Origin: Lingula anatina
Lineage: Eukaryota; Animalia; Brachiopoda
Length of the DNA: 64,000 nucleotides
Direction of reading: 5' to 3'
Assembly: GCA_051362555.1 (NCBI GenBank)
Contig: CM120640.1
Location: forward strand, 38,211,967 to 38,275,966
In this document: positions 39,151 to 50,100 of the stretch, piece after piece
Position numbering within the stretch: the stretch's first letter is position 1
How the letters are laid out: every line of letters starts with the position of its first letter
Translations under genes and position numbers: made by a program
The notes under the pieces: model-generated
The model's input: only the letters and a program-made list of their open reading frames with translations
Database searches by the model: none
What the model was told of the DNA's origin: nothing

Positions 39151-40600
39151 GTACTGTTTTGGTTATCCCACAGCCAGCATTTATAACAACAGCATAATTG
39201 CACTTGTATATCACTTACATGCTTGTCTGTATTTTAAAGCATAATGTGCAATCTGATCACTATACAAGCACATTCCTACAACTGTTGAAGGGCTAGTCAT
39301 GGTATTAGTCAGTTACAACTACTTGTCATTCACTGTGTATGATATACAAGAGCCTATTATATCTCAACTGTAGCTCCATATAATAGCACTCTTTTATGCC
39401 ACATACAGTAATTGGCTCAAGTACATATCAAATAAACATTTTTTTTTTAAATACTGATGATAAGTCTCATATCTTTTTCAGCATGGACTACAATTTTTAT
39501 TTTTGAAATGCTGTGCACTATAAAGGTGAGAAGTAATTCATCGGAATACCATAGTTGTAAACTTGTGACTTATGTTTCCATTGCTCATCTATTTCGTTAA
39601 CATTGACAAAAACATGTTCTGTGTTTGTTTTGCCTAAACTTTCATTTTAATCTTACTATCATAAAAATTGAAATCATATTTAAGTATAATGGTAACAGGT
39701 TACCTAAAAAGTTGAAGCCTTATCCAGTTAAATAATAATAATATCAAATATAAAACATTTACGGCTTTTTAATTTCAGGGAATGGAAACAGCTTATAACC
39801 TCATAATGGGATACCGCCTATGGATTGTAGCTGAAATTAGAGACTTGAGATAACAGGAATGATGTTTGTTATTTCCAAAATCTGTGCCTTCATGGAGTGT
39901 GACATTGTAATAAACATGATTGCTTTTGAATTACTCAGTCATCAAATGTTAAATTAGTAGTTTGTCACAATATCAAATATTGTATTATCTGCATAGAGAA
40001 TTCCCCTCATCTTTTGTAAGTTAAGTTTTGATTAATTAAGTAAAGTGAGTAGTAAGTCTCATGAACTTGGAGAAAATTAAATACTGCAGATCTTGGAAAA
40101 ACTTCGTTTATTGTGATTTCTGTCAGATATGAGGATTTGTAAATGTTGATAATACATTACATTTTCTGTCTCTTATTATATGCATTTACCATGATTTCTC
40201 ACTCTGAGTAATGTACGCATCTGGCAAACTAACTTGAAATTCAAGGCATATTTTATAGTTAAAAAAAAAGTGATATTAAAATCTGACCAAGACGAATTTA
40301 AAGTAATCTGAATTCTATCAGGATTTCAGTCTTGCCTGTGCTATGTATGTATTTGTAGGTTGTCACCCTTTTAAATCATTTAAAAAGTATTATTATATTA
40401 TTTCAATATTTTGTGAATATTTAAATGAGTTATAAAATTTATAAGAAAAATGTAAGAAATAAAATATACTGTTAATTATGTTTTTATGAAATATGTGAAA
40501 TAAAAAGTTTATAATCATATCAAAGTTCTTCCATTTGTTTATGATAATTTTGTCATTTTACATTTTCTTTGCCTTAAACTTTGGTCAAGCTTACTTTCCA

Positions 40601-40601
<1 letters not shown>

Positions 40602-40654
<53 letters not shown>
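40602..40654 (+). repeat. Poly-A tract (~53 nt)
   Basis: Uninterrupted A run at the end of an AT-rich ~1.4-kb segment. Confidence 0.95.
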
Positions 40655-40656
<2 letters not shown>

Positions 40657-42023
40657 TTGTCACATGCCCTTTCTTATAGTTATCTGAATTATCAACTTGT
40701 CATAATTTACTATTTTAATTTCTAGAGTTAATTATTATTCTTATTCAAACAAGAAATTATCAATTATACACAGAAAAATTAAAGTCAATAACAAATCAAC
40801 ACTGCCAGCAAATTTTAGTCTGCCCAAGCTACAGTCACTACAGGTATATAGGATAGTAGGCCTACACACTGACAGAGATTTGATACCTATGCCACGGTGA
40901 CATTTTACAACTCTACTCGTCGGTTTGTTGATCATAAATTGCACATTTTTTCAAGTGTTTCATTATTAGTTTGTAGCATCCATATTTATATTTATATACA
41001 TCTAATACATAATGAAACAAAGTCGGCGTAACGTTACGCAAATGCCCCAATAAACAATGCATCGCACACAGTTGCGCCAACGCTTTACTGGACGAAGACG
41101 CAGGAAGACGTCGCCGGGAGCTCACTTTCGATGTTCACTCTTCGACGGCAAAACGTCAAATGACTGACGTGCGTGCGCATCTTTTGACGTATCACGTGAT
41201 ACCCTTCCAACCACCACTGAATGCAGGTCGTCTTCTTACAGGGTCTAGCTATCCAGTGACCAACCAGGAGCATAGCTTGCACTGCGATGCGCGACTTTTT
41301 CTTATGCAAATTACAACTGGTACAGTGCATGGCACATTTGAGGAGTTGCTGTGGAAATTGGTCTCAAAGAACGGCGAAATTATGGAATATTATTTTACTA
41401 TTTAGACAATGCTATTACCCGCGTAGACCTATTTGTCACCATACATAATATTTTTCTAGGACAACTAGTTTATATTAAATCAAAAACTAAAAATAGCAAT
41501 GAAGATAGGTATAACAAGTAAATGATGATGCTCATACATTCAGGGAGTAGCTTTGCGTAGGATGAAATATATTGTATTGTACGCCCCCCTGGCTGTCGAT
41601 TGTAAGTAATAGACATAAACTGGCCCGCTCGAAGATTCTGCGGGTCCGTGGTCAAAGTTAAATAAAAATAACCATGATTAAGGGAAGTTATTGAAGTTAT
41701 CAATTTAAGATTTTAGAGATACTAATAAATTTACCTTTTTTTAACACTGGTCGTATTCACAAAAGATCGTAAACATTACAGAGAGAAGGAAAAGTACCCA
41801 AGAGAAGGGAGGGGGGGGGGGGGGGTGTGAAGGAGCGCAATGTGAAACAAATTAATATTATGTTCTTATTTATCTATTCAATTTCATAAATAATTTGTAA
41901 ACTCTTCACTCTTGATTCAAATAAATAAAAAGCAACAATTAAAACTTGTAGTACTTGCCACAGAAGCCAAACTGAAGTAAAACATTTGAAATAGCAAAAA
42001 AAGAGGAAGACAAGTAAAAAAAA

Positions 42024-42628
42024 TTAAATTCCCAAATTTTTAGAAACTAATAATCTTTCTTCGACAGTATCCTTAACATAACCGTCTTTTGTGTTTTCAG
42101 ATCGCCATCTACCGTGTTTCTTAAACAGTCTGTCTTTAGTCCCTGCATTAGAATCCAGCATATGAAATCAAACAAACGGAAATTATTCGGAGATCCTTCA
42201 AAGTGACTTCAGAACTCATAAAATTAGTAACCAATTGAGAAATGTGCTTAGCAGTTACAGGTTCCTTTTTTGTTACTCTATGGTCTTTCCGTCTCTGAGA
42301 TGCTTCCTTCACTGCAATAACGAATTTTGACTCGCAATTTCGGATTTTTCTTACAGTTGGCTGTACCATGAAACCATTTTAAAGTGTAAAAAGATGTCTA
42401 AACCGCAGCAGAATAATTACAAGTTTGTGACAAATTTTGAAGATAAAAAGCAACAATCGAGTCTTTCGCTGTAAAGAAAGAGGTCACACCGATCGTATTA
42501 CACCGTTCAAGCCATTTTTGGAAGCCGTAAGAATATTTTCTCACTGTGTTGTCTGCTCTTGACTTCAAAATGACATCTGGTAATGAATCTGCTAAAGCCT
42601 TCAAACTTTTATTGCTTGTAACCTCCAC
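42024..42628 (-). pseudogene. Degenerate tyrosine recombinase (YR) of a DIRS-order retrotransposon with an internal deletion
   Basis: N-terminal LPDVILKSRADNTVRKYSYGFQKW...VAFYLQ; KKEPVT...LKDLR..CLISYAGF; C-terminus NAGTKDRLFKKHGRWRSENTKDGYVKDTVEERLLVSKNLGI* with HGRW and the catalytic Tyr. Stop at 42024. Confidence 0.88.
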
Positions 42629-42857
42629 GTCTTGGAGGATAGCATTATCAAGAAAACATGAAAAAGGAAAAAAAAGAAAATTTTTGAAAACAAAACTCTA
42701 GCAATCGTTCCCATAATCTATGTTCATCCTGGACAATAATCATGTCCATGTTAACTGTCATTGATCAATGATTGTGATCCTAATGGCCATTTCTTCCATT
42801 CCTTCCTTCAATGTTGCAGAACTCCATTACAGCATGTTGTATCGATAACCCATTGGT

Positions 42858-43003
42858 AACTAGAGCGCAGACCTCCGCCAAGGCAGCGATTTTTTATTAT
42901 TATTGATTTTTGATTGATTATTGATCCGGATCACCACCAAAAAATAATCATCTCTTCCTTGGCCCACTTCGTACAGTTCCTGAAAAATTCATCAAAATCG
43001 GTC
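42858..43003 (+). mobile_element. Short HINE/Helentron-like fragment nested in the minus-strand DIRS remnant
   Basis: AACTAGAGCGCAGACCTCCGCCAAGGC ... GATCCGGATCACCACCAAAA ... AAAAATTCATCAAAATCGG lies between the RNase H and YR regions. Confidence 0.45.
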
Positions 43004-43169
43004 TAAGAAATACATAAACAAAGCCATCTCCATTATATCAATGATCCAGTGATCGTCTGTTTATCTCTCCTTCGAAGAAAGTGAGTTTTAAATTCTATAA
43101 ACAGATGACCAATTATTCATCTACTTTAAATCCCTTTAAATATGAAAAACTTATTCGTATTCAAAACAA

Positions 43170-43820
43170 ATGGTCCCAAACCGGGTTTTCTGGCATCTGA
43201 ATAGACCGTTTTTAACTTACTAGGCAAGCTTTGTACACGTAGACTTTTCTCATTAAAAAAAAAAAAAGAAAACTAAATTGTCTTTCCAAAAATTAATTCT
43301 TTAATGCAAGACATTCGTCTTTAATATTAATATTAAAATCCCAATGCTTCCTCTAGTTATTTATCTAGATACATTTCCAATCAATGGAGACATAATAATA
43401 AAACAGAAATAATTTTACCTGTAACCCTCGCCAATTTTATAGCTGTTATATACGGTAAATCTGAAACCAATTCGTCTAAAAGACACAGAGTATTACTAGT
43501 ATATTGTAGAAAGCCTTCTTTCGGGAATAAACAATCCCCTTACTTCCATGTCCCAAATAATCCCCAACCATTCCAATTTGTTGACTGGTTCTAATTTACT
43601 TTTTTCGGCGTTTAAAACAAAATCTGCTTTAAACAGATCCATTTTAATTTTTTTAGAATGTAGTTTTAAATGTAATATATTTTTCTAGAGAATTTTCAGA
43701 CACAATACCGTCATCTAAATAAACAACAATGGGGATTCCATTTTTCTCCAATACCCAACTAAACGTCTAAGTATTTTAGTAAAAATAAACGGTGCTGAAG
43801 AAAGGCCAAACGAAAGTACC
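43170..43820 (-). mobile_element. Degenerate RT/RNase H of a second DIRS-order retrotransposon (5'-truncated)
   Basis: Minus strand reads VLSFGLSSAPFIFTKILRRLVGYWRK, then after a frameshift IVVYLDDG (~43708-43730), DLFKADFVLNAEKSKLEPVNKLEWLGIIWD, and VYSDA (~43190-43208). Collinear with the YR at 42024-42628. Confidence 0.88.
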
Positions 43821-43934
43821 AAAAAAAAAAAAAAAAAAAAAAGAATTCTTTCCGTTGATTTAAAAAAGTTTGAGATGCCGGAGCAATATCTAAATGGTGA
43901 ATAAATAAATAAACACAACACTAAACTGCAGAAT

Positions 43935-44670
43935 TATCTCAACAAATATTATCTGTGGTCTTGCTCACATTCCCAAAAGTGAGAGTGTAATATGCCTTTG
44001 GTCCATGCAACCAGATCTCTTGTCCTCCTTGTCTGTTCAGCCTAAAATATAAAATTGCAAGACAGCTATTTAATTCTTAATGCATAACTCTATTAAAAAG
44101 GAAAATGTCCATGATGGAAAAAACTCATTTATTTTTTCTACCTGAAGATATGGAAAATGGTGCAATAGTTTGTGTTGTTCTCATGCATATCTACTCACAG
44201 TGATTATCTTCTTTCCAAGATTTTTGCCCCATGCCAAATGTCCCACGAATGTTTTATCCCAATTCATTTTTTTTTCTGAAATAAGAAAAATTTAGCTAAA
44301 TATATATAGAGAGATATAACAAAAAAATAGCAAGAATTGCAACTAAATAATCACATACATGTAGATACATTTCACATACTAAATTTGCTTTCTAATTATT
44401 ATAGTAAGACCTAAACAGCACTTTGTACTTAAGTGTGCAACAAGGGCATCTTTGACCACTTCTGTTGCACTGATTCCTTTTTTTTTTCAGGAAATCCATA
44501 GCCCTGACAAACCCTTCCTTCTCCATTACAGAGCTACTCAGCTTGGTTTCTTTCTTCCTTACAACTTCTGCTTCCAACACATCCCCTGTTTCATAGTCAA
44601 CAATAATGCTCGCGCAATATTGTGCACTATGTCCTGGGCTGTCCATTCTGCCATCAACTATGAATAAATG
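43935..44670 (-). mobile_element. Intron-containing DDE transposase remnant (Kolobok/Mutator-like)
   Basis: Exon 1: IVDGRMDSPGHSAQYC...KKETKLSSSVMEKEGF...(frameshift)EVVKDA. Exon 2: HSWDIWHGAKNLGKKI (~44199-44251). Exon 3: DLVAWTKGI..HFWEC (~43965-44041). GTGAGT...TTTTAG intron at 44198-44042 and a TTTCAG acceptor at ~44277. The superfamily assignment is from memory. Confidence 0.7.
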
Positions 44671-44868
44671 GGATATATCGAAACACGGACATCATAAATA
44701 TGTGGTGCGACAATTCCTAAAACAACACTTGGTGGGATTTAGGACACATTCCTATAGACACCACAGGTCTACATTGATCGACCAGACTTGGCATGGATTT
44801 TCACTGCTATCAGCTGAATAGGTAACCCCCCCCCCTCTAAGAAATAAAATTGTTCATGTTCCTTTTGT

Positions 44869-44870
<2 letters not shown>

Positions 44871-44929
<59 letters not shown>
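44871..44929. repeat. (AT)n microsatellite, ~29 units
   Basis: Direct reading. Confidence 0.97.
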
Positions 44930-44933
<4 letters not shown>

Positions 44934-45704
44934 CCAAAGGAATAGAGGGTAATAAGTCATACTCAAATTATATTTTAGGATGCCAACCCATGTTATTTTT
45001 CATCTTACTCCTCAAAGTGTGTCTTGCCTTTAAATGTAAAGCTCTATGTTATTTAATGAAAGACAATATAAGTTCCATCTGTTTAGAGATGTATGTCGGT
45101 CTGCTTTATAGCAATTAAGTCCCTGCTGTGGTTTAGGCCTACTGGTCACAACCAGAACATCAGAACCACTGCTTCCATCCACCGCTTCTACTTGTGGACA
45201 TGAGTACACTTGATATAGAAACAAAACACGCATTAAGTTAAAATTTTAGATTAATCCATTTAATCCATAAAGTTTAAATAACACATTTGCAATAAAGTTT
45301 TTGATTAAGTTTTTTATCAAAATTAAAATAGATTATTGTAATAATGTTATTAAAGTATGTGCCCTTTTTCAAATGCAAAGAATGCAAAGCAACCCTTATA
45401 TATACATGTACCTGTATATAAATATGTTTGATAAGATCTATTGGAGATATTTAAGCACATTTAAAAGACACTCACTCAGAAACAGAGTTTTCAATATCGC
45501 TTAATTTGGGATCAGGAATGGACTTAGCAGTGGTCCTCACCCTCGCCTGAACAAAGAAGCTCAAACAAATCAAGAACAAATCAATATCCGAATAACGACG
45601 GTGATATGGCACTGCTGGCGCATATTAATTTCGTGATCTGTAAACACAGGGAATCAGCAGTTGTAAACATTATCTTATAGTATATTTTGAACAAGCGGTC
45701 TGTA

Positions 45705-45772
45705 CAGGGAGGGGGGGGGGCGGGGTCGGCCCGCCCCCTTAAAATATTCCTGGATCCGCCCCTGGATCCGCC
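45705..45772 (-). mobile_element. Short MITE remnant of the CAGGGGCGGATCCAG family with a doubled terminus
   Basis: The minus strand reads CAGGGGCGGATCCAGGAATATTTTAAGGGGGC. CCTGGATCCGCC is tandemly duplicated at 45749-45772. Confidence 0.6.
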
Positions 45773-45799
45773 ACATGGTACCTATCTGTATCTTAAAAA

Positions 45800-45995
45800 A
45801 AAAAAAAAAAAACTGCTGGTATATGATAGACGGGAAGAGGGAGCGCATGGGAAATGGCGGTGTAGGCCGGATCTAAAGCCTTCCACAGTTTCAGCAGTAA
45901 CTTGTTGGTCACTTCGTTCATTCCACTCGGAGACTGTTCTGGTAAAGAAAGAGTTTCAAACTGGTGTGTCGCAGTGTGATTCTTGCACTTAAGAG
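45800..45995 (-). mobile_element. 3'-end fragment of a CR1/L2-like non-LTR retrotransposon
   Basis: Minus translation NSFFTRTVSEWNERSDQQVTAETVEGFRS resembles the SFFPRT..EWN.LP...V.A.T.E.FK C-terminus of CR1/L2-clade ORF2. Confidence 0.6.
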
Positions 45996-47165
45996 TTTGT
46001 TTTAAATCCTAATATTAGTACATAAATGTAATTTATTCTAAAATGTGAGGCCTAATAATAAGGAGCTACGGGCAAATCTCTTCAACAATCAGTTTCTTTT
46101 TCAAACTGATTGTTTGACACATCATGATAACAACGGAAACCACCAAACTTCAATTAAGATAATTAATTGTATTTATGTAGCAAATGGTTTGTTTTAGTGG
46201 TGGTATTAACTTTTTGGTAATACATCAACGTTTTGTTTATAGGAAATTAGTCTGGTTAGTTAGTAGTAGGTAGTAGGATGGTAGTTTGGGTCTTGTGTCT
46301 GCACATTTTTACCTTAAGTACAGTAGTTGACCAAGGCAAGGTGATAACAGATGTCCCGGGTTAAGGAATTTCTTAGCTGCTGTGTATCTAGGCACACACA
46401 TTTGCACCCCCACCTTTAATAATTACATATTTCTTTATAGTTACCCGCACGAAAATGCAGTAGTATCGAAGTAGCAAAGCGGCGGGAGCATATTTGCAGA
46501 ATAGCCTACTGCAATTCTACTCCAAAAAGTACATAGGTTTGTACAGAGAGGAGCATAAATGCATAATTTTTTAAATTCCCATGACAAAACACCCCGGTGA
46601 CTCCCTTCGCCACATAAGTTTTCATGTAATTATTAAACAGAGCAAAAAATCTCCCTATTTCTGTAGAATTATAAATTTTATAAAAGATGTTTTTGGGACT
46701 AATTCTATCGAGCTGCATTCAGTGAGAAGTCATTCAGCTTTGTAGCTGCGGAGATATTGACGGCCGCACTAAAAAAAAACCTGCAAAACTGCATGAACAG
46801 AATATTTTGGTGAAACATTTCCTATTCTCATAGACAGCAGACTCACTGACGTAACTCCCAATGCCACAAAACTTAAGTGTCAAAAAGTTACTTTTCACAC
46901 CGGCAGTACTGTAATTGAACATATCCATTCTCTTGTTTGTAAACAAACCACTGCACTGCTCACAGTCGTAAGCTCCCTCCGCCAGATGTCCGAAACTGTA
47001 CAGCACTGAGCCAGGTCTCGACCAAAAATAAGAAGCAATTTAGGCCCCAATCTGCTACTTGACACCAAATTAACCACTAGGAACACACAAAAAATGTCAA
47101 GAAAAAAACTAGAAACAATCACTAATTTTTCACCCAGAACTTCATTCGTCTATAATAGTCCGTGA

Positions 47166-50100
47166 TTGGCCAGGTAGGGATGAAAATTTGTTTTCTTCAT
47201 TATAGTGTCAGGTAGGTGTGTTCGGTCATTTGTAGTAAGAATAAAGTGCTGGAAGAGTGGTGGTGTCAACATTAAGGAAGAAATAGAGCAAAAACTCTGT
47301 CTCCCCCCCCCCCCCCCCCCCCCTTCTCAGATTCTGTTCTCAGAGCTTATTTTTGGATAATCTTTAAAGCTAGAATTGGGGGCCTTGATGAAGTGACCCG
47401 GGCGCGTTTCCACATTTTTTATGAATGACAGGTGTGGTAGATTGATTTTCGTCACTTTTTGGAAAAATCAGAGACGGGTCGATTTTTGGTGATTTTGAGT
47501 GATTTTCAACAGTGCCGGCACTGTGAGATTTCTTCAATTTTGGCCAGGTAGGGATGAAAATTTTTTTTCTTCATTGTAGTGTCAGGTAGGTGTGTTCGGT
47601 CATTTGTAGTAAGAATAAAGTGCTGGAAGAGTGGTGGTGTCGATTTTTGGTGATTTTGAGTGATTTTCAACAGTGCCGGCACTGTGAGATTTCTTCAATT
47701 TTGGCCAGGTAGGGATGAAAATTTTTTTTCTTCATTGTAGTGTCAGGTAGGTGTGTTCGGTCATTTGTAGTAAGAATAAAGTGCTGGAAGAGTGGTGGTG
47801 TCAACATTAAGGAAGAAATAGAGCAAAAACTCTGTCTCCCCCCCCCCCCCCCCCCTCTCAGATTCTGTTCTCAGAGCTTATTTTTGGATCATCTTTAAAG
47901 ATAGAATTGGGGGCCTTGATGAAGTGACCCGGGCGCGTTTCCACATTTTTTATGAATGACAGGTGTGGTAGATTGATTTTCGTCACTTTTTGGAAAAATC
48001 GGAGACGGGTCGATTTTTGGTGATTTTGAGTGATTTTGAACAGTGCCGGCACTGTGAGATTTCTTCAATTTTGGCCAGGTAGGGATGAAAATTTTTTTTC
48101 TTCATTATAGTGTCAGGTAGGTGTTTTCAGTCATTTGTAGTAAGAATAAAGTGCTGGAAGAGTGGTGATGTCAACATTAAGGAAGGAATAGAGCAAAAAC
48201 TCTGTCTCCCCCCCCCCCCCTCTCAGATTCTGTTCTCAGAGCTTATTTTTGGATAATCTTTAAAGCTAGAATTGGGGGCCTTGATGAAGTGACCCGGGCG
48301 CGTTTCCACATTTTTTATGAATGACAGGTGTGGTAGATTGATTTTCGTCACTTTTTGGAAAAATCGGAGACGGGTCGATTTTTGGTGATTTTGAGTGATT
48401 TTGATCAGTGCCAGCACTGTGAGATTTCTTCAATTTTGGCCAGGTAGGGATGAAAAATTTTTTTCTTCGTTATAGTGTCAGGTAGGTGTGTTCGGTCATT
48501 TGTAGTAAGAATAAAGTGCTGGAAGAGTGGTGGTGTCAACATTAAGGAAGAAATAGAGCAAAAACTCTGTCTCCCCCCCCCCCCCTTCTCAGATTCTGTT
48601 CTCAGAGCTTATTTTTGGATAATCTTTAAAGCTAGAATTGGGGGCCTTGATGAAGTGACCCGGGCGCATTTCCACATTTTTTATGAATGACAGGTGTGGT
48701 AGATTGATTTTCGTCACTTTTTGGAAAAATCAGAGACGGGTCGATTTTTGGTGATTTTGAGTGATTTTCAACAGTGCCGGCACTGTGAGATTTCTTCAAT
48801 TTTGGCCAGGTAGGGATGAAAATTTTTTTTCTTCATTGTAGTGTCAGGTAGGTGTGTTCGGTCATTTGTAGTAAGAATAAAGTGCTGGAAGAGTGGTGGT
48901 GTCGATTTTTGGTGATTTTGAGTGATTTTCAACAGTGCCGGCACTGTGAGATTTCTTCAATTTTGGCCAGGTAGGGATGAAAATTTTTTTTCTTCATTGT
49001 AGTGTCAGGTAGGTGTGTTCGGTCATTTGTAGTAAGAATAAAGTGCTGGAAGAGTGGTGGTGTCAACATTAAGGAAGAAATAGAGCAAAAACTCTGTCTC
49101 CCCCCCCCCCCCCCCCCCTCTCAGATTCTGTTCTCAGAGCTTATTTTTGGATCATCTTTAAAGATAGAATTGGGGGCCTTGATGAAGTGACCCGGGCGCG
49201 TTTCCACATTTTTTATGAATGACAGGTGTGGTAGATTGATTTTCGTCACTTTTTGGAAAAATCGGAGACGGGTCGATTTTTGGTGATTTTGAGTGATTTT
49301 GAACAGTGCCGGCACTGTGAGATTTCTTCAATTTTGGCCAGGTAGGGATGAAAATTTTTTTTCTTCATTATAGTGTCAGGTAGGTGTGTTCAGTCATTTG
49401 TAGTAAGAATAAAGTGCTGGAAGAGTGGTGATGTCAACATTAAGGAAGGAATAGAGCAAAAACTCTGTCTCCCCCCCCCTCTCAGATTCTGTTCTCAGAG
49501 CTTATTTTTGGATAATCTTTAAAGCTAGAATTGGGGGCCTTGATGAAGTGACCCGGGCGCGTTTCCACATTTTTTATGAATGACAGGTGTGGTAGATTGA
49601 TTTTCGTCACTTTTTGGAAAAATCGGAGACGGGTCGATTTTTGGTGATTTTGAGTGATTTTGATCAGTGCCAGCACTGTGAGATTTCTTCAATTTTGGCC
49701 AGGTAGGGATGAAAAATTTTTTTCTTCGTTATAGTGTCAGGTAGGTGTGTTCGGTCATTTGTAGTAAGAATAAAGTGCTGGAAGAGTGGTGGTGTCATCA
49801 TTAAGGAAGAAATAGAGCAAAAACTGTGTCTCCCCCCCCCCCCCCCCCCTCTCAGATTCTGTTCTCAGAGCTCATTTTTGGATCATCTTTAAAGCTAGAA
49901 TTGGGGGCCTTGATGAAGTGACACGGGCGCATTTCCACATTTTTTATGAATGACAGGTGTGGTAGATTGATTTTCGTCACTTTTTGGAAAAATCTGAGAC
50001 GGGTCGATTTTTGGTGATTTTGAGTGATTTTGATCAGTGCCGGCACTGTGAGATTTCTTCAATTTTGGCCAGGTAGGGATGAAAAATTTTTTTCTTCGTT

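Noticed and set aside
40741-41703. Cluster of short overlapping ORFs (67-81 aa)
   Set aside because: No domain signatures. This is probably non-coding transposon-terminal sequence downstream of the minus-strand DIRS, and I could not identify split direct repeats or ITRs.
46506-47122. Short minus-strand ORFs next to the right junction
   Set aside because: No recognisable protein features. Possibly a non-autonomous element end, but unsupported.
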